Virus record (IMG/VR): IMGVR_UViG_3300037470_001283
DNA length: 20,000 nucleotides
Source of the DNA: an uncultured virus (IMG/VR IMGVR_UViG_3300037470_001283)
Lineage: Duplodnaviria > Heunggongvirae > Uroviricota > Caudoviricetes
Strand: one strand, 5' to 3'
Under the pieces are notes generated by a model. The model had not been told where the DNA came from, ran no database searches, and saw only the letters and a program-made list of their open reading frames with translations. This document shows, piece after piece, positions 16,249-20,000 of the stretch. Each line of letters begins with the position of its first letter. Position 1 is the first letter of the stretch. The position numbers and the translations under genes are program-made.

Positions 16249-16448
16249 GACTGTTGCTCGGACGCTCCGACGGAAGTGCGTATAAGGGGGGCCATGAGGC
16301 GCACGCCCGAACCTTAGCGATCCAATGGACCGCGCAAAGTCCGAAACAGTCAGTCATAGTCTCGGACAGCTAGGGGAGGGGGAGGGCGTGCGCCACGGGC
16401 TTTTCGAGGCCCTCTACGCCGACACACGGCCGCCATCCCCTCCGAGAC
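16249..16448. ncRNA. Candidate structured RNA (tracrRNA/scaffold-like) upstream of the Cas12b-like gene
   Basis: Nested inverted repeats: GTCTCGGA 16359-16366/TCCGAGAC 16441-16448, GGGGA/TCCCC, GGCGT/ACGCC, and an inner GGGCTT-TTCG-AGGCCC hairpin at 16397-16412. Also GACTGTT 16249-16255/AACAGTC 16345-16351. Function and strand are inferred only. Confidence 0.35.
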
Positions 16449-16457
16449 ACAGGAACG

Positions 16458-19400
16458 ATGATGAAAGGCATTCCGCGCGTCTACAAGTACCTGATCCAAG
16501 AGGAATCGAGCGTGCTTCGGGACGCAGACGATGAGTTCAACGAGATCGTCTCGCGGCAGGAAGACTTCCTGCTCACGCTCCTCGCCGGACTTCCCCCGGC
16601 CCTCGGGATCAACGCCAAGAGTCGGCGACGTCTCGCCCTAACGTACCTCCAGGTCGAAAGTGTCGAGGATCCCCTCTGTTCGTTCCGAGGAGAACGCATC
16701 CTCGTCGATGACCCCGAGAGCGCCCTGCGGGAGATCCTGACGCGCTCGAAAGTCGACGCGACTGAGATCGAACAGTGGGTACGCGATGCCACCGCCTCCC
16801 TGACTGTACCTCCGGGAAAAACGTCGAGGTGGGTCAACCGCCGAGTCATGTTCCTGCGAGACTTGAGCCACGACGTCGAACAGGAGAAGGTGTGGGACCT
16901 CGTGGACAAGGTTCACCCGTTCTTCCTCGCCGGGAAGACCGCAGAGTTAGGTGAAGCCGAGCCCGAGCCGGAGCCCGACTACAGCAAGAGTGGCCGCTCC
17001 CTGATCAGCTCCATCTTCGGGCCCGGAGAGAAGAAGGATCGTGCGACCGAGAGCCGGATCGCGGCCGCGGCCCTTGCCTACCTCGAGGACCTCGAGGAGG
17101 ACGCTACGCCGACGAGCGCCGTAGCCCTCCCCGTCATTCTGAGAAAGGCTGGCATCGACGGAGAGGACTTCCCCCCCGACACCTTGACGGGGCGCCGGCC
17201 CTCCATGACCAACATGCTGCGGCACCACAAACTCGGTCTCAAGGAGCAGGAAAAGGCCCCTAAGTGGGGGAACCCCTGGGATTTCGAGATTCGCAAGCGC
17301 CTTCTCAAGGCGTGCCTTGCCCAGCTCAAGGGCAACGCCAAGAGCCAACGGGAAGACCTGTCCTGGATGCAGCGGTTCGGGGCAGACCTGTTCCCGAACA
17401 TGCCGTACAGCACCGACGGCTGGTCGCGACCCCTCGTCGATGCGCTCATGAGCGTCTTCTCCCACCACACCATGGTGTCAAACCAAGAGCTCGCCCGGGC
17501 CAAGCTCCTCGAAAAGGCTCGGACCGTGGCCGACGTGCTCCAAGAACACCCTCGTGCCGTCGCCTGTCTCGACGCCTACGTGGCTCGGCGACGCGAGGAA
17601 GTCCAGGCCCGCAGCCCAGACGAAGATGTGCAGTATCGCCTGCGTTCGAGGGCGACGACCGGTTGGAAACAATTACGCGGCGAGTACGAGCAAACGCCCT
17701 CCGAAGGAGAGCGCCTCGAGATCGCCAAGACGCTCCCGCACAGGTTGGGTCGCGTGAAGGCAGGGGACCATCGGCTGTTCAGTTTCTTGGCCACCGAAGA
17801 GGCCAAGGAGGCCGGCTGCTGGGAGGTCGTCGCCTTGTACGTCGAGTGGCTCGATACGTCCGCGCGCGCAGCACATACCCTCGTCCCGCGGTTCCAGCAC
17901 AAGACCGCGACCCGGGCTCGGGCGTCGATGACGTGGGGGGATAACGCGTGGTCGATCAAGATCGACGAGGAGGAGAAAGGGCATCACGCGGCCACGCTGC
18001 GACTGTTCAATGATCCCGAGCGCGAGATCACCATTTCCATCAGGAACGCGAGGGCTGACCGCGAGCTCCTCATAGGATCTAAGGTGAAGCCGACAGCCCA
18101 CGGGCGACACGGGTCTCTCGGAGGCCCTGCACCGGAAGAACGGCCCATCACCGGCGTTGGCACGAAGGGCCCGAAGGACATCTCGCGCCAGAACTGGGCG
18201 TTGCGGTACGAGAACGGCCGTCCCTACCTGTGCCACGTCGCCAAGATCATGCCTCTCAAGTCCTATGTCAAGGAGGAGGACTACGAGGTCGTGGTGGGGG
18301 TGGACCAGGGGCTTCGCAACTGCATGGCCTACGCCGTCGCGCGCTACGTGCCCGACGCCGAGTCGATCATCGAACGCAACCTAGACACGCTCACTCCGTG
18401 TACCTCTCTCGTGGAAGACGAGGAGCACATCATCGCCTACGACGGAACCGCGGACGGCCATCCTCTGTGCCTGCGTCGCGTCGGGCGTGACCCCTACCGC
18501 TGGATCGAGTTCGTTAAGTTCGGCACCGTCCACGCGCAGGGACGACACAACCGCAAGGCCTCCAGGGAGGAGCACGCCTTCTCCGTGTCGCTCAGGAAAC
18601 GCTCCGGCAGCCGGCAGCCGGTGAAGAAGCATCTCAAGGCAACGCAGCGCGCCACTGTCGACTCCCTCCGCCGCCTCGTGAACGCCCTCGGGCACGTCGT
18701 CCGGGCCATCGTCGCCATGCGTGGGGACAACGTCGGCAACGCCGTTGAGCTGTGGCGATCCGTCGCGCTCCGAGGCAACGACTACAAGACCCGGCACGCC
18801 GCCCGCCGGGCATGGGTTCGGGTATTCGGCGATCTTCCGGGCGAGGAACTGTCGAGCCTCGTACCCTCCAAGGGCCGACTCATGGAGAGCGCCGACATCC
18901 TCGAGCGTGCGTGGAGCGACAGCGAGGAAGAGATCGACGCGCTCGTCTCGAAGGTCGAGCACTGGATCGCCCCGCAACAGGCGGGGCCCGAGGCTCGCAT
19001 GGCAGGAGGCCTTCACGAAGATCGCCTTGAGACTCTCAGGAAACTTCTGTCGCTCCTCCGCGCGTGGGAGGGGCGCCCAACCCTTGCCAACCCGAAGAAG
19101 CGATGGTTCCGGGGCGAGTACCCGCCACGCCTGCAACGCGTGGACGCCCTCTTGCAGCGCAAGAAGGTGGAGCAGCAGAGGCAGGCCGTGGCCGAGTTCT
19201 TCGCGAGGATCCGTGAGTTCAAGACGAACGCCGTGGTCCTCGAAAAACTCTCCATGGCCGGAGACCAGACGCAGAGTCGTCGTCGGAACCGTCAAGGAGC
19301 ACGGCTCGCTCCGGCGCGTCGGCGAACACTGCACCAAGAGCGTGCACAACTCGAGGGGATCGTCGTCAGGGAAGCGAACGCCGCCTACACGTCGCAGGTG

Positions 19401-20000
19401 GACTACCACACCGGGCGCCCGGGCTTGCGCGTTCGCATGGTTTCTGTCGAGGAGTTCGCCCACGGCATCAAGCATTTCCGCAAGTCCTGTGGCTTCCATC
19501 GCGATCGCGACGTCAGGCAGGCGTCACTCGAGCTCGTGGAAACTCTGTACGAGAAGTGGGACCCCGACCAGAAAACGTGGATCGACGAGCGCGGGACATG
19601 GCGCCTGGACTCACAGGTCCCGGCTGTCCGCTGGGCCGGACTCGGAGAACACCCGCGACACGTCTTGGTGCCCGACGCTCACGGCAGCATTTTTCTGTCG
19701 GTTCGCGATGGCACCCTCCGGCAGATGGACGCGGACATGAACGCCGCTGCCAACATCATCCTGTCTGCCCTGACCTGGCCGTGGCAGCAGCGCTTTCCCG
19801 CAGGAACCTGGGGGCAGAAGACCAAGGAGACGTACCTCGAAATCCTCGGTCTCCTGCGTGCCCGCGAACTGCACGCGGCCCCCCGCGTTGCGGATCATGG
19901 GCCTCGCGTGCAATCCTGCTCAGATGGCCATGCAGACCCCCGTACGTCGAGGAATTTCGCCGACCCCCGAGACATGAGCGCCCTTTTGGCGACCTCTTGA
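16458..20000 (+). CDS. cas12b: Type V CRISPR effector, Cas12b-like (C2c1), 1180 aa
   Basis: RuvC-I VVVGVDQGLRNCMAYAV (D616), RuvC-II AVVLEKL (E929), AYTSQVDYHTGRPGLR, VLVPDAHGSIFLS and RuvC-III MDADMNAAANI (D1093). Cas12b-type N-terminal/REC motifs: FLLTLLAGL, RRRLALTYLQVES, WVNR, YRLRSRATTGWKQL, KAGDHRLFSFLA, and a bridge-helix-region GGLHEDRLETL...LLRAW. The stop TGA is at 19998-20000. Confidence 0.85.
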   Translation: MMKGIPRVYKYLIQEESSVLRDADDEFNEIVSRQEDFLLTLLAGLPPALGINAKSRRRLALTYLQVESVEDPLCSFRGERILVDDPESALREILTRSKVDATEIEQWVRDATASLTVPPGKTSRWVNRRVMFLRDLSHDVEQEKVWDLVDKVHPFFLAGKTAELGEAEPEPEPDYSKSGRSLISSIFGPGEKKDRATESRIAAAALAYLEDLEEDATPTSAVALPVILRKAGIDGEDFPPDTLTGRRPSMTNMLRHHKLGLKEQEKAPKWGNPWDFEIRKRLLKACLAQLKGNAKSQREDLSWMQRFGADLFPNMPYSTDGWSRPLVDALMSVFSHHTMVSNQELARAKLLEKARTVADVLQEHPRAVACLDAYVARRREEVQARSPDEDVQYRLRSRATTGWKQLRGEYEQTPSEGERLEIAKTLPHRLGRVKAGDHRLFSFLATEEAKEAGCWEVVALYVEWLDTSARAAHTLVPRFQHKTATRARASMTWGDNAWSIKIDEEEKGHHAATLRLFNDPEREITISIRNARADRELLIGSKVKPTAHGRHGSLGGPAPEERPITGVGTKGPKDISRQNWALRYENGRPYLCHVAKIMPLKSYVKEEDYEVVVGVDQGLRNCMAYAVARYVPDAESIIERNLDTLTPCTSLVEDEEHIIAYDGTADGHPLCLRRVGRDPYRWIEFVKFGTVHAQGRHNRKASREEHAFSVSLRKRSGSRQPVKKHLKATQRATVDSLRRLVNALGHVVRAIVAMRGDNVGNAVELWRSVALRGNDYKTRHAARRAWVRVFGDLPGEELSSLVPSKGRLMESADILERAWSDSEEEIDALVSKVEHWIAPQQAGPEARMAGGLHEDRLETLRKLLSLLRAWEGRPTLANPKKRWFRGEYPPRLQRVDALLQRKKVEQQRQAVAEFFARIREFKTNAVVLEKLSMAGDQTQSRRRNRQGARLAPARRRTLHQERAQLEGIVVREANAAYTSQVDYHTGRPGLRVRMVSVEEFAHGIKHFRKSCGFHRDRDVRQASLELVETLYEKWDPDQKTWIDERGTWRLDSQVPAVRWAGLGEHPRHVLVPDAHGSIFLSVRDGTLRQMDADMNAAANIILSALTWPWQQRFPAGTWGQKTKETYLEILGLLRARELHAAPRVADHGPRVQSCSDGHADPRTSRNFADPRDMSALLATS

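Noticed and set aside
16458..20000. IS200/IS605 TnpB or an inactive Cas12k/Cas12m
   Set aside because: It is far too long for TnpB, has no CxxC zinc finger before RuvC-III and carries Cas12b-type motifs. All three catalytic residues are present and no tns genes are visible.
19860..20000. Start of a CRISPR array or leader inside the cas12b 3' end (GCAGACCCCCG / GCCGACCCCCG)
   Set aside because: Only an imperfect 11-bp pair inside the reading frame, too short to support a call. The downstream sequence is not available.

Overview
High-GC, gene-dense region that looks like the accessory/early part of a large phage or prophage. It carries many short, tightly packed hypothetical genes, an excisionase-type HTH, a DUF6283-like protein, a pentapeptide-repeat protein, a sigma-70/ECF-like factor, an HNH nuclease, an HExxH peptidase, two Tat-signal proteins and lipoproteins. 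No structural or housekeeping genes are recognisable, so the phage call is an inference. The main feature is a complete 1180-aa ORF (16458-20000) with an intact split RuvC triad (D616/E929/D1093) and several motifs that I recognise as Cas12b-like (type V-B). It follows a structured ~280-nt non-coding stretch (candidate tracrRNA-like RNA) and a broken phage gene. No cas1/cas2/cas4 or CRISPR array is visible in the window, although one could lie beyond 20000. Other signals: a TANNNT-(5-9 nt)-ATG leaderless-promoter-like motif before many genes on both strands, a recurring TTTCACGAT motif at gene junctions, a 9.5-copy 11-bp CCCCAAAACCT tandem array, and a G/C skew flip near 6.1-6.4 kb. All family calls come from recalled motifs, not from database searches.
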